Positions 38,294-47,519 of a DNA stretch of 47,519 bases are shown here, in pieces (the stretch's first letter is position 1; every line of letters begins with the position of its first letter). Source of the stretch: Chamaesiphon sp. (GTDB lineage: Bacteria; Cyanobacteriota; Cyanobacteriia; Cyanobacteriales; Chamaesiphonaceae); assembly GCA_965246715.1 (NCBI GenBank), contig CBDFFH010000040.1, positions 1-47,519 of the forward strand. The letters are read 5' to 3'. The position numbers and the translations under genes are program-made. The notes beneath the pieces are model-generated. The model worked only from the letters and a program-made list of their open reading frames with translations. It was not told the origin of the DNA and did not search any database.

Positions 38294-38899
38294 ATGAAAC
38301 CTATTCAAATGGCTATTACGCTCTTGTTGTTAACTGGAGCATCTGAATTTAGTGACAATAGCTTTGCACTAGGTGCGACGGCTAAGTCATCTTGGCGACC
38401 AAACTTAGAACGGTTAAATGTTAGTTCCTCTCCTGAGAGTGACAAGTTATTCGATGAGGCGCTCAAGAAACAAGAACTAGAAGATTATGCTGGCGCGATT
38501 GCTGATTATACAGAATTTATCAAGACTCATCCCGATCGGCTAGCTGCTTACTCCAATCGTGGCTTTGCCAAAGCCATGAGTAACGATCTCAAGGGTGCGA
38601 TCTCGGATTTCAATCGCGCAGTCGAGATCGCTCCTAGTGATGCCGATGTCTACAATGCACGCGGTAACGTTCATGCTATGGCGGGCAATCTACCAGCTTC
38701 CATTCGTGATTTCAATCTGGCAATTAAATTCGATCGCAATTTTGCTGATGCTTATTACAATCGCGGCATCAGCCGTCACAGTCTCGGCGATCGATCCGGC
38801 GCTAAGTTAGATATTAGCAAAGCCGCTCAACTCTTTCGCACCCAAAAAGATATCGGCGGTTATCAACAAGCCAGAGAGTGGATCGATAAATTACGATAA
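38294..38899 (+). CDS. Tetratricopeptide repeat protein
   Basis: Repeated AYSNRG/VYNARG/AYYNRG...GAIxDF motifs after a signal-like N-terminus. Confidence 0.88.
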   Translation: MKPIQMAITLLLLTGASEFSDNSFALGATAKSSWRPNLERLNVSSSPESDKLFDEALKKQELEDYAGAIADYTEFIKTHPDRLAAYSNRGFAKAMSNDLKGAISDFNRAVEIAPSDADVYNARGNVHAMAGNLPASIRDFNLAIKFDRNFADAYYNRGISRHSLGDRSGAKLDISKAAQLFRTQKDIGGYQQAREWIDKLR

Positions 38900-38976
38900 G
38901 TAATTTATTTTGGATTCTAGCAATTATTCTTTGGTAGGCGCAATTCATGAAGCGGCTCCCGCCCGTCGGGTTCCCC

Positions 38977-40459
38977 GATTCGTGACAAGTTAAGAAAAAC
39001 CGAGGGTTGTCAAGGGGAGAAAGAAAAAATGTCAAACTGTTACTAGCAAAGAGTTAGAACCAAATTTGACACATGCCTAAAAAGCGGACAACAAATCGCG
39101 ACCACGCCAAGCGACAACAACGTCCGATGATGGAAGAGGAGGTGATAGCAGCACAATTAGAACAGCTAGTCACGCCAGCAGTACTAGCACAAGAAAAGTA
39201 CTATCGCCAACTCGGAATGAGGGATAGAATACTGAATCTGCCGCTGATGGTAGCAGCAGTGCTGACACTAATTTGGCGAGACGTAGCTGGAGTCAGAGAA
39301 CTCAGCAGAATACTCGCCAGAGAAGGATTTCTCTGGTGCGAACCAACACAAGTCAGCCAACAAGCATTATCACAGAGATTTTTGACATTTCCCGCTGAAA
39401 TATTTGAGCGAATATTTAGAGAATTACTGCCAGAATTCGAGCGAAAATGGCACAGTCGCAACAAAAGACAACTACCCTCCAGTATTCAATTTGCCCGAAC
39501 TAAATTTGCTAGAGTTTGGGCTAGTGACGGTTCAACATTAGAAGCAATCTTCAAGAAATTAGAAAGTCTGACAGATGTGCCAAAAAATCAATTAGCTGGA
39601 AAAATAGGAGTAGTCATCGATCTAGTAACCCGACTACCAGTAGAAATTTGGTTTGAGTCGAATGCCAAAGCTAGTGACATGAAGTTTGAGGCAGATATCC
39701 TAAAGCTAGTCAAGCCCCAGACATTAATTTTACTAGATCGAGGATTTTGTCATTATCTGTTTTGGCAACAACTAATCGAAAGGAATGTTCATGTAATTAC
39801 CCGCCTAAACAACAAAGCATCATTTACCGTCGAGAGCGCATTCACGAATAGTTACAGCATCCGCGACCGAATAGTAACAATGGGTGCTGGTAATAAAACA
39901 ACTCCATGTATCACGATGAGATTAGTGGAAATCAAAATGGGTAAAGCTTGGTACTCTTATCTAACTAGCGTGCTTGACCCATTAATTTTACCACCCTACG
40001 TAGTTGCCGATTTGTATGGTAGAAGATGGCGAATAGAAGAGGCATTTAATATTGTCAAACGATTGTTAGGATTGAGTTATATCTGGACAGGCTCACTTAA
40101 TGGTATTAAGTTGCAACTCTGGGGGACTTGGCTATTTTATATTGTATTAGTCGATCTTGGCGATGCGATTGCTGATGAGCTATCTCTTCCTTTTGACCGC
40201 ATTTCTTTAGAGATGATTTATCGTGGTCTTTACCATTTTTATGTTGCCCATCACAAAGGTTTAGCTACCGACCCCATTAAATATTTTGCAGCTCCTGAAA
40301 ATAGAGATTTAGGTATTATTAAATCTATCCGAAAGCCATTCAAGAAATTAATGATTGACCCCTTTCCCGACCAAGCGAGCAGGGAAGGCTCATTCTTTTT
40401 TGAGCCTTCCGCTCAACCCGGCTTGACAACTGCGCTCGCTCCTTAACTTGTCACGAATC
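38977..40459 (+). mobile_element. IS4-family insertion sequence
   Basis: Perfect 18 bp inverted ends GATTCGTGACAAGTTAAG and CTTAACTTGTCACGAATC. Target duplication GGGTTCCCC at 38968-38976 and 40460-40468. The exact ends are ambiguous by 1-2 bp because the target is palindromic. Confidence 0.92.
39073..40446 (+). CDS. IS4-family transposase (intact)
   Basis: SDGSTLE, LLDRGF and LYGRRWRIEEAFNIVK (DDE triad with the YREK motif). Confidence 0.93.
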   Translation: MPKKRTTNRDHAKRQQRPMMEEEVIAAQLEQLVTPAVLAQEKYYRQLGMRDRILNLPLMVAAVLTLIWRDVAGVRELSRILAREGFLWCEPTQVSQQALSQRFLTFPAEIFERIFRELLPEFERKWHSRNKRQLPSSIQFARTKFARVWASDGSTLEAIFKKLESLTDVPKNQLAGKIGVVIDLVTRLPVEIWFESNAKASDMKFEADILKLVKPQTLILLDRGFCHYLFWQQLIERNVHVITRLNNKASFTVESAFTNSYSIRDRIVTMGAGNKTTPCITMRLVEIKMGKAWYSYLTSVLDPLILPPYVVADLYGRRWRIEEAFNIVKRLLGLSYIWTGSLNGIKLQLWGTWLFYIVLVDLGDAIADELSLPFDRISLEMIYRGLYHFYVAHHKGLATDPIKYFAAPENRDLGIIKSIRKPFKKLMIDPFPDQASREGSFFFEPSAQPGLTTALAP

Positions 40460-40569
40460 GGGTTCCCCGAGGCGAAAAGGGAGACAAGACATTGCCCCTA
40501 CCAAAGATTGGAGTGAGAGTAGATCTGTATATTATTAAATCCTCATTCCTAACCACTAATCCCGATCGC

Positions 40570-41934
40570 CTAATCCCGAACCTTCATCACCACCATCGTC
40601 ATATCATCGCCATTATCCCGATCGACACCTACAAAAGTATCGATCGTCTCGACGATCCGATCGAGTGTAGCTTGGGAATCTAGCTGTTGTTGGCAGGCAG
40701 TGTGGAAGGTATGAATGAGATTATCTTCATTAAACCTTTCCCCGTCCTTGTTGGCGGCATCCGTAAAGCCGTCGGTGTAATAAATAATCGTATCTCGAGG
40801 ATGGAGTTGCAGCCGTGCTTCTTCATACTCAGAATCAGCATCGAGTCCAATTAACATCCCAGAAGTATCCAATCGGGAAATGCGATCGGTCGCGGCTTGC
40901 CAGTACAAGGGCGGATTGTGAGCGGCATTGGCGTAGGTGAGGGTTTTGGATGTGGGGTCGTATTCTGAATAAAATAGCGTGACAAACCGACTGGAATTTT
41001 CCAGATCGGCGTGCATTACCCGATTGAGGTGCTGGAGGATGCGTGCTGGCGAATGACCGTTAAGTACCTCAGCACGCAGCATCCCGCGCGTCATGGTCAT
41101 AATCAGCCCCGCTGGGACACCTTTACCCATGACATCACCGATCGTAATGCTCCATTTATTAGTTACTGCTGCATCGATTTGTTTGTTGGTGAGGCGATCG
41201 TAGTTAGCCGGAATAAAATCATAATAGTCGCCGCCGACGCGATCGGCATTAAGATAACATGCTGCCAATTCCAAGCCAGGAATATCGGGGAATTTTTTTG
41301 GCAACAATCGTTCTTGAATCTCCGCACCGATTTCCAACTCGCGATCGAGTCGTTCTTTCTTGCGTAATTCAACGGTCAATTCATCGTTATGGATGGCTAC
41401 CGCAGTTTGATCGGCGACTAATTGGAGTAATTTTTGGCGATCTGCCGTCCACTCATAGGTAGAGTTGCGCGTGAATACATACAATCGACCGCGTTCGCCA
41501 CTTTCGAGCAAAATTGGCGTTTTGAAAATCTGAATCTCGCGATCGAGATCTGCCGCGATCTTACTTTCAAGTTTCTCCCAAAAATCTTTGTGAAATCCGA
41601 TTTCACGACCATCAGAAGCGTCCGCGAGCGTTTGATAGATCGCAGTTTCGATGCCTTGACGCAAATTGATACAACCACTGTCGCCCTGACAATGTAACTG
41701 CTGAATTTGCAATTGACCAGTTTTTTTAAATAAAATAATCGCGCCCGCTTCCCCATCGGTTACCCGCGTTACCATCAGCGGAATCAGTTCTAAAAATTGA
41801 TTGAGATTTTTAAAACTCCGCAATGCAAACCCAAGATTGCTCAGTAGTTCGTGAGTTTTCTTCTGCTGGCGATTGAGATCTGCGACTAATTCTTTAAGTG
41901 TAGATATGGGCGTAATGTGTGGTTCATAGTTCAT
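40570..41934 (-). CDS. GAF + SpoIIE/PP2C-family protein phosphatase
   Basis: VGGDYYDF, IGDVMGKGVPAGL, YTDGFTDA and DDMTMVV. Confidence 0.92.
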   Translation of the reverse strand: MNYEPHITPISTLKELVADLNRQQKKTHELLSNLGFALRSFKNLNQFLELIPLMVTRVTDGEAGAIILFKKTGQLQIQQLHCQGDSGCINLRQGIETAIYQTLADASDGREIGFHKDFWEKLESKIAADLDREIQIFKTPILLESGERGRLYVFTRNSTYEWTADRQKLLQLVADQTAVAIHNDELTVELRKKERLDRELEIGAEIQERLLPKKFPDIPGLELAACYLNADRVGGDYYDFIPANYDRLTNKQIDAAVTNKWSITIGDVMGKGVPAGLIMTMTRGMLRAEVLNGHSPARILQHLNRVMHADLENSSRFVTLFYSEYDPTSKTLTYANAAHNPPLYWQAATDRISRLDTSGMLIGLDADSEYEEARLQLHPRDTIIYYTDGFTDAANKDGERFNEDNLIHTFHTACQQQLDSQATLDRIVETIDTFVGVDRDNGDDMTMVVMKVRD

Positions 41935-41959
41935 AATTTACAATCGGGGTTCCTGATTT

Positions 41960-43570
41960 CTAACCACTTAATAAAGCTTCAACAAACTCATAGCTAGAAA
42001 ATGGACGTAAATCCTCGATGCCCTCACCAGCACCGACAAACCGAATCGGCAAACCGAGTTGTTGGACTACAGCTAGCGCGACACCACCTTTGGCAGTACC
42101 ATCTAGCTTGGTTAATACCACGCCACTTAACTTCGCCGCTTCGGCAAAGACTTGCGCCTGACGCAAGCCATTTTGACCCAAAGTAGCATCGAGAACGAGT
42201 AAAGATTCAATCTGAGCGTTATTTGCTTGTTTATCTACAATTCGCCGAATTTTGCTCAACTCATCCATCAGATTTTTTTTGTTTTGGAGTCGTCCCGCTG
42301 TATCGACTAATAATAACTCAGTTCCTCGCGATCGAGCAGCACTAATCGCATCAAAAACGACGGCAGCGGGGTCGGTATTTTGGCCGGGGTTGGCAATGAC
42401 TTCAATCCCGCTGCGTTGGCCCCAGACTTTGACTTGTTCGACAGCAGCAGCACGGAAGGTGTCACCAGCCGCAATCAAACATTTATACCCCGATTTTTGG
42501 GTCATATGGGCGAGTTTACCGATTGTGGTAGTTTTGCCGACTCCATTTACTCCCACCATCAACCAGATATTTAGTGTCTCTGGCACTGGCATAAATTCAA
42601 CAGCATAAGTTTGTTGGAAGGGTTTATCGAGGATATCTCTTAAGATTTGCTTGAGATAGGCGACTGCTTCTTCTGGGGGCAGCGACTCCTGCCGCAATTT
42701 TGCTTGTAATGTCTCGATTACATAATCGGTAGCCTCGATCCCGACATCGGCTTGCAGGAGCAGCGTTTCGATCGATTCTACCGCGTCGGCATTGAGTGGC
42801 CCTTGACCGATCAACGCTTTAAATTGGTTGACAAATCCCCGTCGGGTTTTGTCTAAACCCTGACGTAATTTCTTGAGCCAGTTAATCTCATCTAAAGATA
42901 CTTGTTCTGGCGTTCTGCCCTGATCTGCCAGGACTTTTGCCGACCACAAGAAGTCCTCGTCGAGGTCGATATCTGGCTGCTGACGCGCTGTTGGTTCGAC
43001 TGTTTCAATGGCAGTTGCCTTGAGTCGTTCTAGTCGCTCTTGACGGTCGTCTCGCGCCCAAATCGGGATGGTTTCTGCTTCGTCGTCGGCTGCTGCTAGA
43101 TCGCTCGGCGCTTCAGTTGTTGGTTCGGAAGCTGGCAGATCGATCGCGCTTTCTGCTCCTCTAGGCGTTGGTTCGATTGCTACAATCGGTGTTTCCGCAC
43201 GCTCGATCTCGACAATCGTTGGTTCGGCAAGATCTGGGGCTGAAACTGGCTCGACATCAGTATCTTCAGCGGCAGCAGTCAATTCGGACTCAGTACTGGT
43301 TGTTGTTGCTGTCGCAACTTCTAGCTGTGTGGTGGCTTGTTGCTGCTGAATATTTTGATAGGCTGCTTTCGCCCATGCTAAATAGTCGGTAGCAACTTCG
43401 GTACTAGCTGGTTCGGGAAGATCTACTTCAGCCGCAGCTGCTACATCTTCCCCACTAGCAGATTCTGCTAATCGTTCGGGATCTAATGTTGACTCTGAAT
43501 CAGATTCAGCTGGATTCTCCGTTGGAGAATCTGCGTCAACGAATTTCCGACGAAACCAATTAAAAACCAT
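41960..43570 (-). CDS. ftsY: Signal recognition particle receptor FtsY
   Basis: Acidic N-terminal region; GVNGVGKTTTIGKLA, DTFRAAA, DTAGRL and TKLDGTAKGG. Start taken at MVFNWFRR. Confidence 0.96.
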   Translation of the reverse strand: MVFNWFRRKFVDADSPTENPAESDSESTLDPERLAESASGEDVAAAAEVDLPEPASTEVATDYLAWAKAAYQNIQQQQATTQLEVATATTTSTESELTAAAEDTDVEPVSAPDLAEPTIVEIERAETPIVAIEPTPRGAESAIDLPASEPTTEAPSDLAAADDEAETIPIWARDDRQERLERLKATAIETVEPTARQQPDIDLDEDFLWSAKVLADQGRTPEQVSLDEINWLKKLRQGLDKTRRGFVNQFKALIGQGPLNADAVESIETLLLQADVGIEATDYVIETLQAKLRQESLPPEEAVAYLKQILRDILDKPFQQTYAVEFMPVPETLNIWLMVGVNGVGKTTTIGKLAHMTQKSGYKCLIAAGDTFRAAAVEQVKVWGQRSGIEVIANPGQNTDPAAVVFDAISAARSRGTELLLVDTAGRLQNKKNLMDELSKIRRIVDKQANNAQIESLLVLDATLGQNGLRQAQVFAEAAKLSGVVLTKLDGTAKGGVALAVVQQLGLPIRFVGAGEGIEDLRPFSSYEFVEALLSG

Positions 43571-43770
43571 ATAAAAATTATGAGTTATGAATTGCCTAGT
43601 AAACAAAAAGATTTCAATAAGCTGAAAGCTAAATGGTGGCCACTACCCACCCCAAAAAGATTGTAGATTTAATTGCACCTCTCTACTTGGTGACGATCGC
43701 CGAATCCACAGCAGCAATATTTACGAATGACTTGCCGTCAAACAATCTGTCCGCAGTCACTCAACCACCG

Positions 43771-44412
43771 TTATACCTCAGATTTCAGCTGTTCGGTCAC
43801 CCGCCGGAGTACACCATTAATTAATTTACGTCCTTGGTCGTCACTATAACGTTTTGCTAACTCGATCGCTTCATTAATCGCGATCCGTTCTTCCAAGCCA
43901 AGATAGACGATCTCCGCAACTGCGAGGCGGAGAATATCGCAATCGATCTTTGGGAGGCGACCGAGTTGCCAATCGACCATACTTTTACTCAATAACGTAT
44001 CGATCCCTGTGGCTTGTTGGTTTGTTGTAACTAATAATTGCAAGGCATAACTGCGAACTTCAGGGCGATTGAAGTTATTGATCAGTTCGGGCATCTCTAA
44101 GGCATGTCCGAGCCGATTGATCGCTGTCTGCACTAATTCGATCGCGTCTTGGGTCATCACTCTGGCACCATTGACATCGCTAGCCCGAGTTTGACTATTT
44201 AAGAGTCGATCGTTACTCCGCTGTAGCTCGGCGGTGGCGGCTTCGAGGGCTTCTTGGGTTTCTTCCCGCAGTGTCGCGATCGCTTTCAGCATCATTTCTT
44301 CTAGCGTCAACTGCAATTCGCGGGGCTGTTCTTGCGCTAACTTTTTTTGCGCCTTGGATAGTTGGGGCAGAGCTAGCAGAGCCAACTCACGAGCGATAGT
44401 TTGAGCTTTCAT
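43771..44412 (-). CDS. nusB: Transcription antitermination factor NusB
   Basis: ARELALLAL, DWQLGRLPKIDCDILRLAVAE, AINEAIELAKRYS and INGVLRR. Confidence 0.95.
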   Translation of the reverse strand: MKAQTIARELALLALPQLSKAQKKLAQEQPRELQLTLEEMMLKAIATLREETQEALEAATAELQRSNDRLLNSQTRASDVNGARVMTQDAIELVQTAINRLGHALEMPELINNFNRPEVRSYALQLLVTTNQQATGIDTLLSKSMVDWQLGRLPKIDCDILRLAVAEIVYLGLEERIAINEAIELAKRYSDDQGRKLINGVLRRVTEQLKSEV

Positions 44413-44826
44413 TTATAGCGATCGGGTACCAGTTGCAAAGCCCACAATTATACCATATCGAGCAGCAATACTCGGATCGATTTTCCCTCAATATTATGAA
44501 TGAGTCTGTTAACTATTGGGGAAATTAGGGAATAATGAATATAGAGTTTGTTTGGACTACGGCACTTTTCATAAATTCGGTAGTGGAGCCTCTGTGTAAG
44601 AGAATCGCCAAAATTGAATTTACGATCGGTGCCCTGTTTTTTTGGGAGCATTAACTACGCGGGTCGATAATCACCAGCCGCTACATCGCTTCAAGCTCTA
44701 ATAACTCAGGATCTAAATCGATTCCAGCTACAATTTAAGCAATTGGACTCTAGCAAAGAAATCAGGAATGACTATCGACCCAGTACCCCAGGAACGGATG
44801 GGGATTATTCAAGGCGATCTTACTAA

Positions 44827-46142
44827 GGTGATTCCCGATAAAGAACATACCAGTTAGGCAGGGCGGATCAGAATGTCCCATTTAGGGAGTAGTGGGTTCC
44901 TTTCTAATCTTTTTTCCACTTCTTTCATTGCTGATTTATTGAGTGAAATACCTTTTTGATAAATCTTACTATTTAATTGAATAATAGGATGCAATCCTTT
45001 CCAGGTCATACTCTCTGCCCATGCTAGCATGGCTGATACATTTAATAACTTTGCCCCATTCCAATGCTTTTCTAAAACTCCCCAGCATCTTTCAATCGGA
45101 TTATATTTGCTGTGATAAGGTGGATAATAGATTAGGTGAATAGATTTACCAATTTTATCTGAAAAGTCTACCATTCTTTTTAAGAACTGAGTTCGCACAC
45201 CACTGCTTTCAGGGCCATTATCCACCTTAATTTGGATCTTCTCGATCGTCTGCTGCTGTTCCAGTAGAAGTATGTCCCACCAGTCCTGTAATGTGTCTGC
45301 AATAAAATCACTTGTTTTATAAGAGCTACCAAAACTAATCTGTAAAGCTCCAGTATCTTCATCAACGATTCCACATGGGATATATTTTTCTTCACAGCCC
45401 ATGTCATGGTCATTAGCTTGATTATCTCCTCTAGTTTTCCCCCCTCTACTTAAATTTCCAATATTGACTTTCGCTTTGCAGTCAATACTTAATCGTTTGA
45501 TTCTCTTTGATTCTAACTGTTTTTGATGCTGGTTGATGTTCTCGAAGATATCGTTGGTTTCTGCAATTTTTTTTGAGGCTTTGCTTTCACTACTTTTCTG
45601 AGCCGATAGCCCGTTCGATTTAAAACTTCTATCATCGTACTCAGCGATGGCAATTGCTCCGGCATATAACCCTGTTGGGCTAATTGTTTGAGGGCTTCTG
45701 CCGCTGTTAATCGTGTATACGCAATCGTTGTTGCAAATGTTGGATCTTGTTGCGAATGTGACTCTGCTAATTTTTTCAGTGAATCAGCAACTTCTGGTTG
45801 TTTTTCCTCCCATCTTTTTGCCCCACTAAAGCCTGTTTGCGCTCCTACACAGATAATTCCAGTTCGTTTCTCTGCTAACCCTAGTGCTACAGTTTCTCTA
45901 CTCCAACCAAATATCCTCTCTGTCAATCTAGCGTTTCCTTGGCAATATTTAATTGCCATTTCTGCTTGAAAGTAACGACGTTTTACACCGCTTAATTTAG
46001 CAGAAGCTAGCCGTAAATCTTCTCTTTGGCTACTACTTAACGTGAGTTCGGTTTTATTGCTAAACAATACTACTATCTTCCTTTCTTCGGCTTACCAATA
46101 AAATAGTACTATAACTGGGTGGCTTTTTTATCGGGAATCACC
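44827..46142 (-). mobile_element. ISAzo13-family insertion sequence
   Basis: Perfect 16 bp inverted ends GGTGATTCCCGATAAA; 3 bp target duplication TAA at 44824-44826 and 46143-46145. Confidence 0.9.
44854..46067 (-). CDS. ISAzo13-family transposase in two frames joined by a -1 shift at an A8 run
   Basis: ORF A (SQQDPTF, YTRLTAAE, RLRKVVKAKPQKK) continues in the -1 frame at 45567-45574 as KIAETNDIFENI...LSIDCKAKVNIG...DHDMG...DNGPE...YYPPYHSKYNPIERCWG. Confidence 0.87.
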
Positions 46143-46639
46143 TAAGCTAACGGTCGATGCGATCGTCAATGCCGCCAATAGCTCGTTACTCGGCGGTGGC
46201 GGGGTAGATGGCGCAATTCACCGCGCCGCAGGAGCCGAACTGCTTGCTGAATGTCGGCGGCTGAATGGATGTAAAACTGGTCAGGCAAAAATAACTAGCG
46301 GCTACCGACTCCCTGCTAAATATGTAATTCACACTGTCGGCCCGATTTGGCAAGATGGGAATAGGGGAGAACCAGAATTGTTGGCTAGTTGTTATCGCGA
46401 GAGTTTGGCAATCGCGGTAAAGCAGCAGCTTCACACGATCGCATTTCCCGCTATTAGTTGTGGGGTATATGGTTATCCGGTGGATTTAGCCGCTCGGGTT
46501 GCGCTGGAAACTGTGTATTCATTTCTAGCACTAGATAACACTATTCTCGGTGTGAGTTTTGTTTGTTTTAGCGATACTGATTATGACACCTATGTCGAAG
46601 TATTTGGAATGCTCGATTAGCGATCTCTGCTTTAGCTAA

Positions 46640-47161
46640 TCATTTTAAGCTAATCTTTAAATCGAATTTTTCCTTCATTTGTAATAGTGCTTCTGCATTT
46701 CCTCTAGCATCATCTAAGGCATTGTGCGTATGTGCAGTTTTTCGCAGATGCTTAAAGTTGACAAACGTATCCTTAGATAGACCTTTATAGAGCGAGCCTA
46801 AATTACTAGATGTATGTCCGAATGGATTCCTGCCACAAAAATGATGGAAGTACCAATTAATAAACTGCCAATCAAATCCGTTGTTGTCAGAAATAAAGAA
46901 GGCTCTGCTAATACTTTCAGCTTCAATCCATAATAAAAATCTTTCCATCACTATTTGCGGGTCGTCAAAAGTTAAAGTATCTTCACGAGTGAAATTACAT
47001 ACTTGCAGAGATTCTGGAATCCACTTTGCCGAAATTGGCTTGATTTGGGCGTAGAATGTTTTGCTCAGTGAAGGCTCTACAATTATGGCTCCGAAGGAAA
47101 TCATTGAATAATCTCCAGGGATCGGGCCATCAGCCTCAACATCAATCATAATGTAACTCAT
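46640..47161 (-). CDS. DEDDh 3'-5' exonuclease
   Basis: IMIDVEADGPIPG, NGFDWQF and HTHNALDDA. Confidence 0.88.
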   Translation of the reverse strand: MSYIMIDVEADGPIPGDYSMISFGAIIVEPSLSKTFYAQIKPISAKWIPESLQVCNFTREDTLTFDDPQIVMERFLLWIEAESISRAFFISDNNGFDWQFINWYFHHFCGRNPFGHTSSNLGSLYKGLSKDTFVNFKHLRKTAHTHNALDDARGNAEALLQMKEKFDLKISLK

Positions 47162-47519
47162 CACGTATTACCGCTTAACTCGATCGTGTAAAAATGGCTA
47201 TTGTTTAGCTCGATCGAAAAGCAGCTAAATTTCGATCTCTCAGCTGATTGTTAGGTGTAAATTCACAACTGGATTTTGGCCTCGACGATTCACGATCGGG
47301 GATGGGGTACCCAACCGATCGCATTATCCAAAAAACTGTCATTTTGTTAGTGTGCCCGGATAGTACCAGCGAACGACAGCGAGCCGCTAAATGTGATAAA
47401 ATTGAACTAGCCAGTCTCGTTTTGAGACGCTGCGCGAGCGGTACAATTATCAAGCTGAACGGAGCATTCCATGACTACTTCCCAAGAGCGGATCGTCCCT
47501 ACAGATCTAAGAATTGAGA

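Larger units (their letters stand above)
44768..46620 (+). pseudogene. Macro-domain O-acetyl-ADP-ribose deacetylase (YmdB-like) interrupted by an IS
   Basis: The 5' part MTIDPVPQERMGIIQGDLT(K) joins in frame, after removing the IS and one TAA copy, to [29 protein letters not shown]...VIHTVGP...[13 protein letters not shown]. Confidence 0.92.

Noticed and set aside
47205..47519. Short ORFs on both strands at the window end
   Set aside because: They have no recognisable motifs and non-ATG starts, and are too close to the edge to judge.

Overview
This is cyanobacterial chromosomal DNA: it has dense CGATCG/GCGATCGC/TCGATCGA palindromes, chlD, and a hemH with a CAB domain. The abundance of TCGATCGA is suggestive of a Chamaesiphon-like lineage (inference). 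From left to right the window holds: the 5' end of groEL2 with a perfect CIRCE and a K-box; a rhomboid protease; an IS5-family element interrupted by an intact IS1634-family element; an array of small co-oriented cassettes (vapC pseudogene plus partner, hicA/hicB-like pair, a hypothetical gene, a uridine kinase-like gene) separated by related repeats that look like degenerate copies of the chlD 3' end; chlD; three secreted/outer-membrane protein genes; an HtrA protease; an ~18 kb biosynthetic cluster (sbnA, DUF2808-like, sbnB, three NRPS genes with four modules plus TE, MFS exporter) predicted to make a diaminopropionate-rich tetrapeptide; an IS982 fragment; a SpoIIM-like gene; hemH; a TPR gene; an intact IS4; PP2C-ftsY-nusB; a macro-domain gene split by an ISAzo13-type element; and a DEDD exonuclease. 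The most interesting signals are the Dap-rich NRPS cluster, the same ~42 bp palindromic DNA element sitting in frame at the equivalent position of all four adenylation domains, and the integron-like cassette array anchored on the chlD 3' end. All alignments were done by eye and no database searches were run.
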